Below are positions 26,136 to 37,295 of a stretch of 64,000 bases of DNA, one piece after another; the stretch's first letter is position 1; every line of letters starts with the position of its first letter. The notes under the pieces were generated by a model that saw only the letters and a list, made by a program, of their open reading frames with translations, did not search any database and was not told where the DNA came from. Source of the stretch: Chiloscyllium plagiosum (taxonomy: Eukaryota); assembly GCF_004010195.1 (NCBI RefSeq), contig NC_057718.1, positions 78,002,904-78,066,903 of the forward strand, written 5' to 3'. The position numbers were made by a program, and so were the translations under genes.

Positions 26136-27243
26136 CTAGAAACAAAAACAGAAATTGCTAGAAAATCTCAGATCTGGCAATATCTATGGAGAGAAATCAG
26201 CATTAACATTTTGGGCCCAGTGACCCTTCCTCAGAAATGATAGAAACTAAGAAAATGTTGGTTTTTATACAGACAATAGGATGAGGAGCTAAAGAGTAAA
26301 CTTTAGGTGGGGATAGATAACAAAGAGAGAAGAACAGCTGAACAGACAAAGGGTGGATAATGGTCAGCCTAGAAGAATGAAATCTGTTAATGGTGCCATT
26401 TGTGACTAACAGTGGATAGTGTTTAATAACAACAGACCATGTGATAACAAGTCCACGTGTGGGGTTAGGGTAAGCACGTGAGAGAAGGTGCCTCAAGGCT
26501 TAAAATTGTTGAACTCGCTATAGCGTTCAGACAATTGTAGAGTTCCCAAGCGGAAAATGGGGTGCTGTTCTTCTGGCTTGCACTGAGCTTCATTGAACAC
26601 TACAGTAGGCCTGAGACAGATGTTGGCCAGGCAACAGGGTGGTGTGTTGATGTGGCAAGCAACTGGAAGCCCAGTGTCTTTTTTTTTTACAGACAGAATG
26701 CAAGTGTTCTGTGAAACTGTTGTGAGCAGCAAATGCAGTAGACTAGATGGAGTGAAATGTAGGTAAAGGACTTCTTCACATGGAAGGTGTCTTTGGGCCC
26801 TTGGATACTGAAGAGGGAGGAAGTAAATAGGCAGGTGTTATACCTTCTGCATATATAGGGAAAGGTGCCAAGGGGTTGTGGGGAGATGTTGGAATTGAAG
26901 GAGCAGTGGATCAGGGTGTCCCAGACAGAACAATCCTTGCGTAAGGCTGGCAGGAGGGGAATATGTATCCTGTGGATGTAAATGCTAGTTGAGGACAAGG
27001 GGGACCCAACTGCTATTGTGGGAAGGGGAGGGGAGTTAGGGCTGAAGTGTTGCAGGTGGGACAGATGCGGTTGAACCCCCATCTACAGTGCAGGAGAATC
27101 CTTGGTTGAGGACAAAGGTGGATGTTATGGAGGCCCCCTTGTCGAAGTTGGCATCATGAGAACTGTTGCAATAGACTGAGTAACTGGGAGAATGGAATAG
27201 GGTCTCTACAGTATTTAAGGTGCAAGGATGTATGTGAGCTCTG

Positions 27244-28398
27244 AAAAGATTTGTAGCTCAGGTTGAGGTTCTGGATATAAAGTTTGCTGGCTGAGCTGGA
27301 AACAGCTCTGCCAACCATCCAACCCAAACTTTAGGTCTGCTATGTGGATGACACCTTTGCCATCGCTAACCAAAACAAATTACAGGAAACCTTCAAGACC
27401 ATCAATAATACCCTTACTGGCATAACATTCACTAAAGAGGAGCAAAACAACTGCAAACTGCCATTCCTAGATGTCACAGAGCGAACAGCCAATGGGGAAC
27501 GTCAAACCAGTGTCTACAGGAAAACAACATGTACAAACCAAATATTGAACTACAGAAGCAATCATCCTAACATCCACAAACAAAGCTGCATTAGAACATT
27601 ATTTCAATGAGCCACCATACACTGGAGCACAGAAGATCTACAAAGAGCAGAGGAAAATCACCTATACAGTGTATTTTTAAAAAATGTACTCGATGAACAC
27701 AGTCCGCCGATTTCTGAGCAACAAACCCAAACAAGCAGACGCAACACATCTGGAAACCCTAGTCACTCTCCCCTACATCAAAGACACCTTGGAAATGACT
27801 GCCAGACTATTCAGACCCCTTGGCATTATGGTAGCCCACAAACCCATCAACACACTAAAACAGCAGATAATGAACTTGAAAGACCCTGTAAAGATAACAA
27901 GCAAAACTAATGCCATCTATAAAATACCTTGCAAGAACTGTAACAAAAACTATATAGGACAAACAGGCAGAAAACTAGCCACTAGGATACATGAACATCA
28001 ACTAGCCACAAGACGACATGACTCTCTCTCACTGGTATCCTTACATATGGATGAGGATTACACCACTTCAACTGGGACAATACATCCATCCTGGGACAAG
28101 CCAAACAGAGACACGCACGAGAATACCTAGAAGCATGGCATTCCAATTGGTACTCTATCAACAAACGCATTGACTTGGATCCCATCTACCATCCCCTTAA
28201 AAAAAAGGAATGACATCATATGAAATGATGTCACCACAGAAAATGACATCACCAACCCAAGGAAACCCAGACACCCAAATAGAAATTGGGTTACAGCACC
28301 AGTGCTTCAACTGGAGGCTCACTGAAGATGTTATCTAGTATGGTGATGAAACGTCTGAAAATGAACCTTCCAGCTCAGCAAGCAAACCTACATCTAGA
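27244..28398 (+). mobile_element. Penelope-like element (RT C-terminus + GIY-YIG + 3' repeat), with inverted terminal copy at the 5' end
   Basis: YVDDTF, KLPFLDV, VYRKTT, NAIYKIPCKNCNKNYIGQTGRKLATRIHEH; 27244-27302 is the revcomp of the family 3' end. Confidence 0.9.
28319..28358 (+). ncRNA. Minimal type I hammerhead ribozyme-like motif
   Basis: TCA-CTGAAGA-T-GTTATC-TAGTAT-GGTGAT-GAAAC-GTC-TGA: intact core, wobble-rich helix II, palindromic ACGT helix III, 3-bp helix I. Confidence 0.6.
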
Positions 28399-28934
28399 TG
28401 GAAACAGATGTTGAGGAAGGGAAGGGAGGAGTCAGGAGATGATAGAGTGGAAATTGAAAATGAAATTGATGAACCTTTCCAATTTGGAGCGAAAGAGGGA
28501 AGCAGTGCTGATGCTGATATACCAGAAAAAGAGTTGTGCTTGGGGGCTGGAATAAGACTGGAACAGTGTTCCACCTACCCTACATAGAAACATGGATAAC
28601 AGGGGGTACCCATGACCACCCCTTTGACCTGATGAGTGAGAAGAGTCAAAGGAGAAGTTGCTCAGAGTGAGGATGAGCTCAGCCATGCCGCAGGCGATGA
28701 TCGTGCATGGGAGTGGTTCAGGCCTTTTTTCCAAGAAATGGAGAGCCCTGTGATTTTCTTGATGGGGGATGAGCGTGTAAAAAGATTGCATGTTCGAGGT
28801 AAAGAGGAGGTGGAAATTCAGAAACTATCCTGTCCCATCCAATTAGCATCTTCTACGATTTATTGGGTGCTGTTATGTGGGACAGACTTGTGAAACAATA
28901 AAGGTGCTTAGTTTTGACAGTCATCAAACTAGTC

Positions 28935-29815
28935 AGAGTCATAGAGATGTACAGCATGGAAACAGACCCTTTGGTCCAACCCGTCCATGCCGACCAGATA
29001 TCCCAACCCAATCTAGTCCCACCTGCCAGCACCTGGCCCATATCCCTCCAAAACATTCCTATTCATATACCCATCCAAATGCCTCTTAAATNNNNNNNNN
29101 NNNNNNNNNNNNNNNNNNNNNNNNNNNNNNNNNNNNNNNNNNNNNNNNNNNNNNNNNNNNNNNNNNNNNNNNNNNNNNNNNNNNNNNNNNNNNNNNNNNN
29201 NNNNNNNNNNNNNNNNNNNNNNNNNNNNNNNNNNNNNNNNNNNNNNNNNNNNNNNNNNNNNNNNNNNNNNNNNNNNNNNNNNNNNNNNNNNCTTTGAGCC
29301 AGTTCTGTATCCAAATGGCTGGTTCTCCCTGTATTCCATGAGATCTGACCTTGCTAATCAGTCTCCCATAGGGAACCTTGTTGAATGCCTTACTGAAGTC
29401 CATATAGATCACATCTTCTGCTCTGCCCTCATCAATCTTCTTTGTAACTTCAAAAAACTCAATCAAGTTTGTGAGACATGATTTCCCACGCACAAAGCCA
29501 TGTTGACTATCCCAAATTAGTCCTTGCCTTTCCAAATACATGTACATCCTGTCCCTCAGGGTTCCCTCCAACAACTTCCCCACCACCGAGATCAGGCTCA
29601 CCGGTCTATAGTTCCCTGGCTTGTCTTTCCCGCCTATCTTGAATAGTGGCACCATTTTTGCCAACCTCCAGTCTTCCGGCACCTCACCTGTGACTTTCAA
29701 TGATACAAATATCTCAGCAAGAGGCCCAGCAATCACTTCTCTAGCTTCCCACAGAGTTCTTGGTACTCCTGATCAGGTCCTGGGGATCTATCCACCTTTA
29801 ACTGTTTCAAGACCG
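28935..29815 (-). mobile_element. Relatively young CR1 LINE spanning a gap
   Basis: Open RT: VPEDWRLAKMVPLFKIGGKDKPGNYRPVSLISVVGKLLE...SQHGFVRGKSCLTNLIEFFE...YMDFSKAFNKVP. Confidence 0.92.
29092..29291. other. Assembly gap (200 N)
   Basis: Run of N. Confidence 1.
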
Positions 29816-30588
29816 TTTGAAGCTGTCTTAATGAAGTAGTGGTGTTGAGAAGGGATAGGCTCCATTTCAAATGTGACCATGTGTTCTTGCTTGTGAAGCA
29901 TATGGATGATTAACTGTTGAGATACTTTAAGCTGCTATGTTTTAATTAATTGAGCTTTAGCAGAGCGTCTTTGGATCCTGGAGTGTCTCATCCTCACTAG
30001 AGGATGTTCCAACAAAGAATGTTCTGTTCATGTAGAAATGTGGAAATTTGTCACTCAGTGGAATTGGAAAATAAACTGAAGTTTCCATGCATCAGATACC
30101 TAATTGACCAAAAGAAATTAGAACATAGTAGTAAATAAAGATTATATAAGCATTCAGTTTTGCAATTTATAATTTTCTAGCATTACAAGCTGTAGGTTTG
30201 TCATACAACAAAAGTACTCCTGGCTCCACCACATTTCGAACATTGCAAACTTAAAGCAAAACCTTGGTTAAAAAGAAATTTATTTTATGACACCGAAGCA
30301 TGAACTTTCTGTTTGACCTTTGTCAAATATATGTCAAAAATGAATCTCTACATTATACAAGCTGTTAAAAGTCTGAACAGAGTATCTGTTGTATCTGTGG
30401 TGAGACCAAATAACTCTAGTTTTGCGCACAGTAAACAATTGGGCAAATGTTATGTTAAACCTTAATGTGAAGGATTTGGAAAATAAAATTATGATGATTG
30501 CCTTAATTTAGAGAAGGCTTTCATATGGCCTCACCTAAAATGCTATCTACAATTTTGCTGTGGTGCTCCTTTTGCTTAATGAAGGATA

Positions 30589-30709
30589 CTGAAGAAGGGC
30601 CTGTGCCCGAAATGTCGAATCTCCTGTTCCCTGGATGCTGCCTGACCTGTGCTGTTCCAGCAATAAAGTTTCAACTTTGATCTCCAGCATCTGCAGACCT
30701 CACTTTCTC
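30589..30709 (+). mobile_element. Solo Penelope-like terminal repeat with 14-bp TSD, starting at a hammerhead core
   Basis: TSD CTTAATGAAGGATA at 30575-30588 and 30710-30723; CTGAAGA-A-GGGC-CTGT-GCCC-GAAAT-GTC-GAAT. Confidence 0.8.
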
Positions 30710-31374
30710 CTTAATGAAGGATATACTTGCCTGAAAAGATGATGACAGAGGTTCACGAAACTCATTCCTTGGATGAAAAGTTGATTTCTGAGCAAAGTAA
30801 ATATTGAGTTTGCAGTGCGTGGCCGTACTTCAATACTACATTGCTTCACCTTAAATGTACTGAAGACGTTTCAGCTTTTATATGTGCGCCAAAATCAGGG
30901 CACATTCAACTTTTGTCAGAGGCTTATTGCATTAGATTGTACCTGGATGCTGCTGCAGTCTCTACATAACCCAACAAATGTAGTTCTGTACATATTGTAT
31001 AACAGTTCTCTGGGCTCAACTTTGAGGCTGCATAGCTGGTGTTTGTAAATGTTTATTTAACACCTATAATAAAGCTTATTTATAACTATGACACCATCCA
31101 AGACAATTGTCTGACCTGAAAAAAAATTCAATTCACAGCTTATCTAAAGGTGCAAAGAATTTTCTCGTCCTGCCTGCCTAAAGACTGGAGAATTGTTTTA
31201 GCCCATCATTTGCTTTATGAACTCTGAGTAATATAGGTGTTCTTTCGTAATTTAGAGTCTATAAGTAGCCTGCTTCCTAAACTTTTTGCTGACCACTCCT
31301 GTAAATGCACGTTGCTATTGGAGTCAGTGCTACAGTGTGGAGACAGGCCCCTTGGCTCAAACGGGTCCGTAGGT

Positions 31375-31683
31375 TAAAAACAAGGACTGCAGATGCTGGA
31401 AACCAGATTCTGGATTAGTGGTGCTGGAAAAGCACAGCAGTTCAGGCAGCATCCGAGGAGCAGTAAAATCGGCATTTCAGGCAAAAGCCCTTCATCAGGA
31501 ATACAGGAGAGCGCCTGAAGGGTGGAGAGATAAATGAGAGGAGGTGGGGGTGGGGAGAAAGTAGCATAGAATCAGTGGGAGAGGGACTCCCTGAGATTCT
31601 TGTAGAGAGAGGAGGAAAACTTGCCTGCCTTGAAGTTTTCCTCCCCTCTCTACAAGAATCTCAGGGAGTCCCTCTCCCACTGA
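31375..31683 (-). mobile_element. Penelope-like terminal fragment ending in a fold-back, inserted in a CR1
   Basis: pLTR similarity to 8144-8300; minus strand ATTC-CTGATGA-A-GGGC-TTTT-GCCT-GAAAT-GCC; 51-bp inverted repeat. Confidence 0.75.
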
Positions 31684-31684
31684 C

Positions 31685-32360
31685 TCTCCCTCAATCTCCT
31701 GTGCTCTAAAGAAAATCGTCCTGTCTTGTCCAGCCTCTCCATATAACTCAGCCCATTGAGTGCTGGCAACCTCCTTGTAAATTTCTTCTGCACTTTTTTT
31801 TTTCCCCAGGTTGATAACTTCCTATAGCAAGGTGACCAAAACTGAAAACAATACTCCCACGTACGGCCTCACCAACATCCTGTACAACTGCAGCATAACT
31901 TCCCAATTTCTATACTCAATATCCTGATTGAAGGCCAGTGTACCAATAGCTGCATTCATCGCCCCGTCTACCTGTGACTCCACTTTGAGAGAACTGTGCA
32001 CCTGAACGCCAAGGTCCGTCTGTTCCACTACCCTCCTTCAGGCCCTACCATTCATTGTGAAACTTTGATTTTCCAAAATGCAGGAATTCTGACTTATCTA
32101 TATTAAACTCCATTTGCCATTTCTCGGCCCACTTCCCAGCTGATCAATTTCTGATAACCTTCCTCACTATCCATGATACCTCCTATCTTGGTGTCATCTG
32201 CAAACTTACTAATCATGCATTGTACATTCTCATTCAAATCATTGATATCGATAACAAACAGTAATGGGCCCAGCATCAACCCCTGAGGCACTCCACTAGT
32301 CATAGGCCTCCAGTCTAACAAGAATCCTTCCACTATTAACCTCTGCTTCCTTAGATCTAA
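31685..32360 (-). mobile_element. CR1 LINE RT fragment
   Basis: SGVPQGLMLGPLLFVIDINDL...ISKFADDTKIGG. Confidence 0.9.
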
Positions 32361-33404
32361 GCTCATGTTTTCACAACAATGTATTGTCTGATATCCCTAC
32401 AAATTGCTTTCAGACATCTTTTATTGTTCTTACTGTTAAGAGCATGACTCAAATGTAAAGTGTCTTTAGATTTTTAAAATTTAAATTCAAAGTTTATTAA
32501 ACATTTTTTTCACTAATGTTTTTATCATATATGGTCATCATTTGTTTTGGACCACATGAGATCATAGACTCAATATACTGCTTCAATTGGATATCATTCT
32601 ATCATCCTTAGACCAACATTAAGAGTTACCAATTTGTACCACTCATTATCTGCATTGAAAAAGCAGTGGTAACTTGCCAACATTTTTCATTGTTCTTTTC
32701 TGACTTCTTATTCAGTTTGTTTTTAAGTCTGTCCTATGCCTTAATTACTTTCTGCCTTTTGTTCTAACAACCACTTTCCTTATTCACTGGGTTTTATCTC
32801 TTGCTATTTTTTTTGAAACGTTTGCTCATCTATGAACTCTTAATACCTTTATTAACTGGTCTCTGTATTCGTGTTCTTTTTTGTCCACTGCGTTCCCAAC
32901 TTGCCCCTTTGTTTTATTGAATATTGATTAATGGGCCACTTATTTTCCAGAAGCAGTGAAGGGTCTACCCCAAAACGTTAACGTGTCTTTTTTTTTATCC
33001 AGGTGCTGATTTTCAAGATCACTTTTTTTAATTAAAGAAAAGTGTAATGTTTTACTTTGAAATTCCTGTATAAATGGATGCTTGTGTTTTAACAATAGTT
33101 AGCTCAGAGGGTGTGCAGTGTAGGTTTGAAAAAGCAATACAATCAAAGCATAGTAAATCCAGTTCTTAATACTGTAGTGCCATGAGAAACTTCCCAGTAG
33201 GTGTAGAAGCTGAAAACCTTAGCAGTGATATTTATTGAAATTAAATTTTATTTGCGTTATATAATCTTTGATTTATTCATAATTTGTGCTTAAAAATATT
33301 CCATAATTCTGCAATTGCATGACCACTGGAGGTCAGCATCTGTTAAGTGTGATCAAACATATAGACATTATTTGGTTTGATGAAAATCTACTATTACTTT
33401 GCAG

Positions 33405-33466
33405 ACCACAAGATGTACAAGGTCATGAGTTGACTCTGCCAGCAACAATAGAATTTCGAGAGAGCT
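33405..33466 (+). CDS. AFDN: Afadin exon, 62 nt, phase 2-1
   Basis: cag|(R)PQDVQGHELTLPATIEFRES|gtaagt. Confidence 0.93.
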
Positions 33467-33523
33467 GTAAGTAACTACAATATATATATCTATTGTGTCC
33501 ACTTGTATTAAGCAATTTTATTT

Positions 33524-33925
33524 TGTCAGCCTTGATCCACTGGTAGCATACTTCTCTTGAGACATGGATTCAAGTTCCACTCCTCAAGTTTGAGCACAAT
33601 ATAGACTGGTACCATTGTATAGAGGAAGTGATCTGCTGTTGGAGGTCTTTCACATTAAACTTGGTATTCCCTCCCAAGAGAATGTATAAGATCCCACTTC
33701 AGGTTAGGTGGCTAAGGAGTCCTTTGTGGTATGTATTCTTCCCCCCTCCCCCCAACATCATTACTGATTATGCAGTCTTACTTGCTGTTAGTAGGACCTT
33801 GCTGTGTGAAAATTAACAATCGTGTTGCAAAGCTGACTGCAAAGGTATCTTGGTTATTGGCTTTGAAGCACTTCGAAGAGATCCTGAGGATTTAGTGGTT
33901 TACTAATGTAAGTTTGTTCCTTTTT
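33524..33925 (+). mobile_element. Ancient tRNA-derived SINE, DeuSINE (SacSINE1/AmnSINE1)-like
   Basis: Decayed head TGGTAGCA...GGATTCAAGTTCCACTCC, TTGAGCACA motif, tail like GAAGCACTT...CCTGAGG...AATGTAAGTTTGTTCCTTTT; assigned from recalled consensus. Confidence 0.55.
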
Positions 33926-34033
33926 AAGCACTTAGGTAACTACTTTGAATGAATGGATTGAATATAATGCAACATTTTATTTAGAATGCTATTATGTTAG
34001 TTAAGGTAATAACTAATTATTTTTATTTTACAG

Positions 34034-34239
34034 CTGAAGACTCCTTCCTGTCTGCAGTTGTTAACTACACCAATAGTTCTACTGTCCATTTCAAGCTGTC
34101 TCCGACATATGTACTCTACATGACTTGTCGATATGTCCTGTCTAGCCAGTACCGACCTGATATGAGCCCTTCTGAACGTACTCATAAAGTTATTGCAATA
34201 GTTAACAAGATGGTTAGCATGATGGAAGGAGTTATTCAG
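34034..34239 (+). CDS. AFDN: Afadin exon (entering DIL region), 206 nt, phase 1-0
   Basis: cag|(S)EDSFLSAVVNYTNSSTVHFKLSPTYVLYMTCRYVLS...KMVSMMEGVIQ|gtgagc. Confidence 0.96.
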
Positions 34240-36761
34240 GTGAGCTTTGATAGTCACTGCTTGAATCGTTTTCAGATGTATGTTTTATGGATATGTCAAA
34301 CTTCACAGTTATTAGGATCGTTGACTTGCTGTTGGCAACAAAGGTGAACTGATTAATATTATCTTAACAGTAAAGGCAGCAAAAAAATCAATTGAGTCAA
34401 GCTTATATCTTTGTGATGGAGGCAAATAGGTATAGCTTATCTATTACTTTAGGTCTATCAGAAGGCACAGCGAAATGAAATATGCCTTTTTAAATGATAT
34501 TTTGTTAAGTAGTGTCCTAGTTTTAGGTCAGGTAAGTTGAACACTATAAGTAGTAATTCTTGTTTCTGTAGGTGGTTTTAGGAAAAGCAAACTTTTTGTG
34601 CTTTTGCTTGTTTTTATTCTGCAATTATTACTGAATTAAAAACTCAGCTAATGTATTGTTCCTATGTTTTTGCATTAATTGTACCACTTTGTAAATAGCA
34701 GTTTTGTTTTAAATGGAAATTTCAAATTTAAATCTTGAAGTCCTAAATTTATGTAATTTTGATGATGAATATAAAATTAGCATTTTCTATATATAAAGCA
34801 AAATTATTCAATTTTGATTGGTTTAAAAACCTGCCATATACACAAATCCATCTCTTTGTTCATTATCATGCTGTGACTATTCAGCAAAGTCACTCGATTT
34901 CAATTAATTATAAAATGGTTGTAACATATTTAGCTTTCCATATCTATACCAGTTCTCTGCAAGACCAATTACAGTGATCCCACTGTTCCACCTTTTGCCA
35001 AATCCCTGCAATTTTTGCCCTCAGATAATTATACAATTTTCTTTTGAGAACAGTGATTTGAATCTACTTCCATTATATATTTGGATTCCATTTTCTATCC
35101 TAATCACTGCTTTTTAAAAAAATTTGGTTTTCCCTTGTGTCTTTTGTTGTTTACCTCAAATTTGGGTTCTCTCAGCCAATGGGAACATTTTTACCTTTTC
35201 CTATCAATTCAACTTTAGATAACAGATTTTTTATGTTTTGTGTAACATGCTTCTCGGGTAATTAAATTCCTGCCATTGTCCTGATAAACGTGGGACAACT
35301 GTAAACGATGATTGATAAATAACTGGCCAATTTAAGTTCAACATAATTAAATGCTAGTGAGTATGTTTTAATAAGTAGAATAAGGAGTTCACTTTATTTG
35401 GAAGTGCATGTCTAAATGGGATGAAAGAACAAACAAGACTTTGGAATATAAATGTATCAAATATCAGAATATCTGCTACTGATCACGAAGCCATGATAAA
35501 GCAAATAAAAAACACCTTTATTTTTAGGACAAAGAATGAAAAGGAAGGAATTTACATTAAACCTTAATTATACCACGCTTCAAGTAATGTTTGATTTTGG
35601 GTTTTCTCATAATCCGAAAGAGAGGGACTCCAGGGAGGTTGAAGAGAAGCCTTAGAAGGATGAGAGAATAAATCTATCAGGAAAGGAATGACAAACTCTG
35701 GATTTCTTTTCCTTTGGTTGACCTAGTAACGGTCTTCAAAAGATCAAAGGTTTTGATAGAATGCATACAGGCCATCAATACAGTAGTCCAATAGGGAATG
35801 CAGAAGGAGCTCATTCACCCAAAGACTTGGTTACTGGGAACTGTTGAAGCGAATAATATAGATTTACTTGAGATGTTGGACAAGACAGGGAAGGGAAAAG
35901 GGATTAAGATGGCAAGTTTAGATGAGGAATGTTGGTTGGAAGCTCAAGTGGACTATAATGCAGGCGTGCACTACTTCAACTGACTGACCTGTTTTTGTGC
36001 TTATCTTCTGTAGGTATGCTTTTTCACTCTTTATAAAGTAAATGTGTTCAGTTTTTTTTTGTTACAAAATTTAGGCGTTTTGCCAGAACGTTTTTCCACT
36101 GTGACTCCATTTTGAAGCATAAAAATTGCTGTGACCCTAGAAAAAGACAGAAGGGAAGTATTGGGGGTACTGTACCCTTGTGTCACTGTTTGTACTTCTC
36201 TCATTTCTTGAGCAACACAAGATTTCCAAATCTCACCTAAATAATTTCTATTTTCCAGATGAGACTTGGATTATAACAGGCAAATGGCCTATACTGAAAG
36301 AAATTTCTGATTGCTTTCTACAAGTCTTTTAAAATGTTAATGTTAATTCTGCCTGCACTTTTCTGTTGGATTTAAGCCACTGAGAAGCTAGGCCCTGATG
36401 CAAAACAAACTGCTGAACATCAAAATGAATAAATGTATTTTTATGTCTATCAAATAGCAAAAATCTCTTTTTCCTTTAAATACAACAATTCAAATATTTT
36501 CTTTCTTGCCCTTCTGTCCCACCAAGTGCCTTGGGTGGGGAAGCTACCTCACTACAAGTGGCATCTGAAAATACAAATTAAGAAAGTTTGTTTCTAGATC
36601 CTTGCAGTTCAGATGGCTTGTCTTTTGAGTTGCTGTCTCTGTAGTTTCATAATTAAGTTTAATTTTATGCAGTGTTTTGCATTGTATTAATCATTATTTG
36701 TGTACATCGTGACTGTTATTTTTTTCTCTATTTTGCCTGATTCCTCTTCCCTTTTCTGCAG

Positions 36762-36782
36762 GATATAGCACAGTATGAACAG
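36762..36782 (+). CDS. AFDN: Afadin 21-nt cassette microexon (DIAQYEQ), phase 0-0
   Basis: Polypyrimidine tract + ctgcag|GATATAGCACAGTATGAACAG|gtagga; position and length match the recalled mammalian EVDQVDQ insert. Confidence 0.8.
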
Positions 36783-37149
36783 GTAGGACATGTTGCTGGG
36801 ATCTGTTCCCAGCAGTCAGCTTAGCTCAGTTTCTCATGCTTCTCCATATCAGAAACAACAAATCCAGCAGCTGGACTGAACGGTACATAACACTCATTTA
36901 GCAATTGGAACATGCAGCACTAAACCTTGACTGCACAACTGTGTTGGCATTTCATTTTATCTGCTTAATGCACTTTTCTGTGGTGATGTACAAATTCAGC
37001 CCAAGTTCTCTTGCTTGATGTCTGTGGCCCTGTTCTTTTTGTCAGCCTTGTTTAACATTGCCTAGCCTGGCTCATGCGGTCAGGGGTTGCATTTAAGACT
37101 GATCATGTAAAATGAAAAATGAGAATGACATTATTTTTCTTCATTACAG

Positions 37150-37295
37150 AAGCAGAAGAATATTGCAGGTGCACTTGCCTTCTGGATGGCAAATGCATCA
37201 GAACTTCTCAACTTCATCAAACAGGACAGAGACCTGAGTAGAATCACGCTGGATGCACAGGATGTCTTGGCTCATTTGGTGCAAATGGCTTTCAA
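37150..37295 (+). CDS. AFDN: Afadin exon (DIL), 146 nt, phase 0-2
   Basis: cag|KQKNIAGALAFWMANASELLNFIKQDRDLSRITLDAQDVLAHLVQMAF(K)|gtatga. Confidence 0.96.

Larger units (their letters stand above)
26140..28812 (-). mobile_element. Penelope-like element interrupted by a second Penelope-like element
   Basis: pLTR at 26140-26240; HLVYCICCSQ and EEQHPIFRLGTLQ GIY-YIG remnants; RT remnant (AELILTLSNFSF) resumes at 28399-28812. Confidence 0.75.

Noticed and set aside
27303..27320. 5' truncation point close to the internal deletion junction in the sister copy (about 44686)
   Set aside because: Two copies cannot distinguish a hotspot from chance
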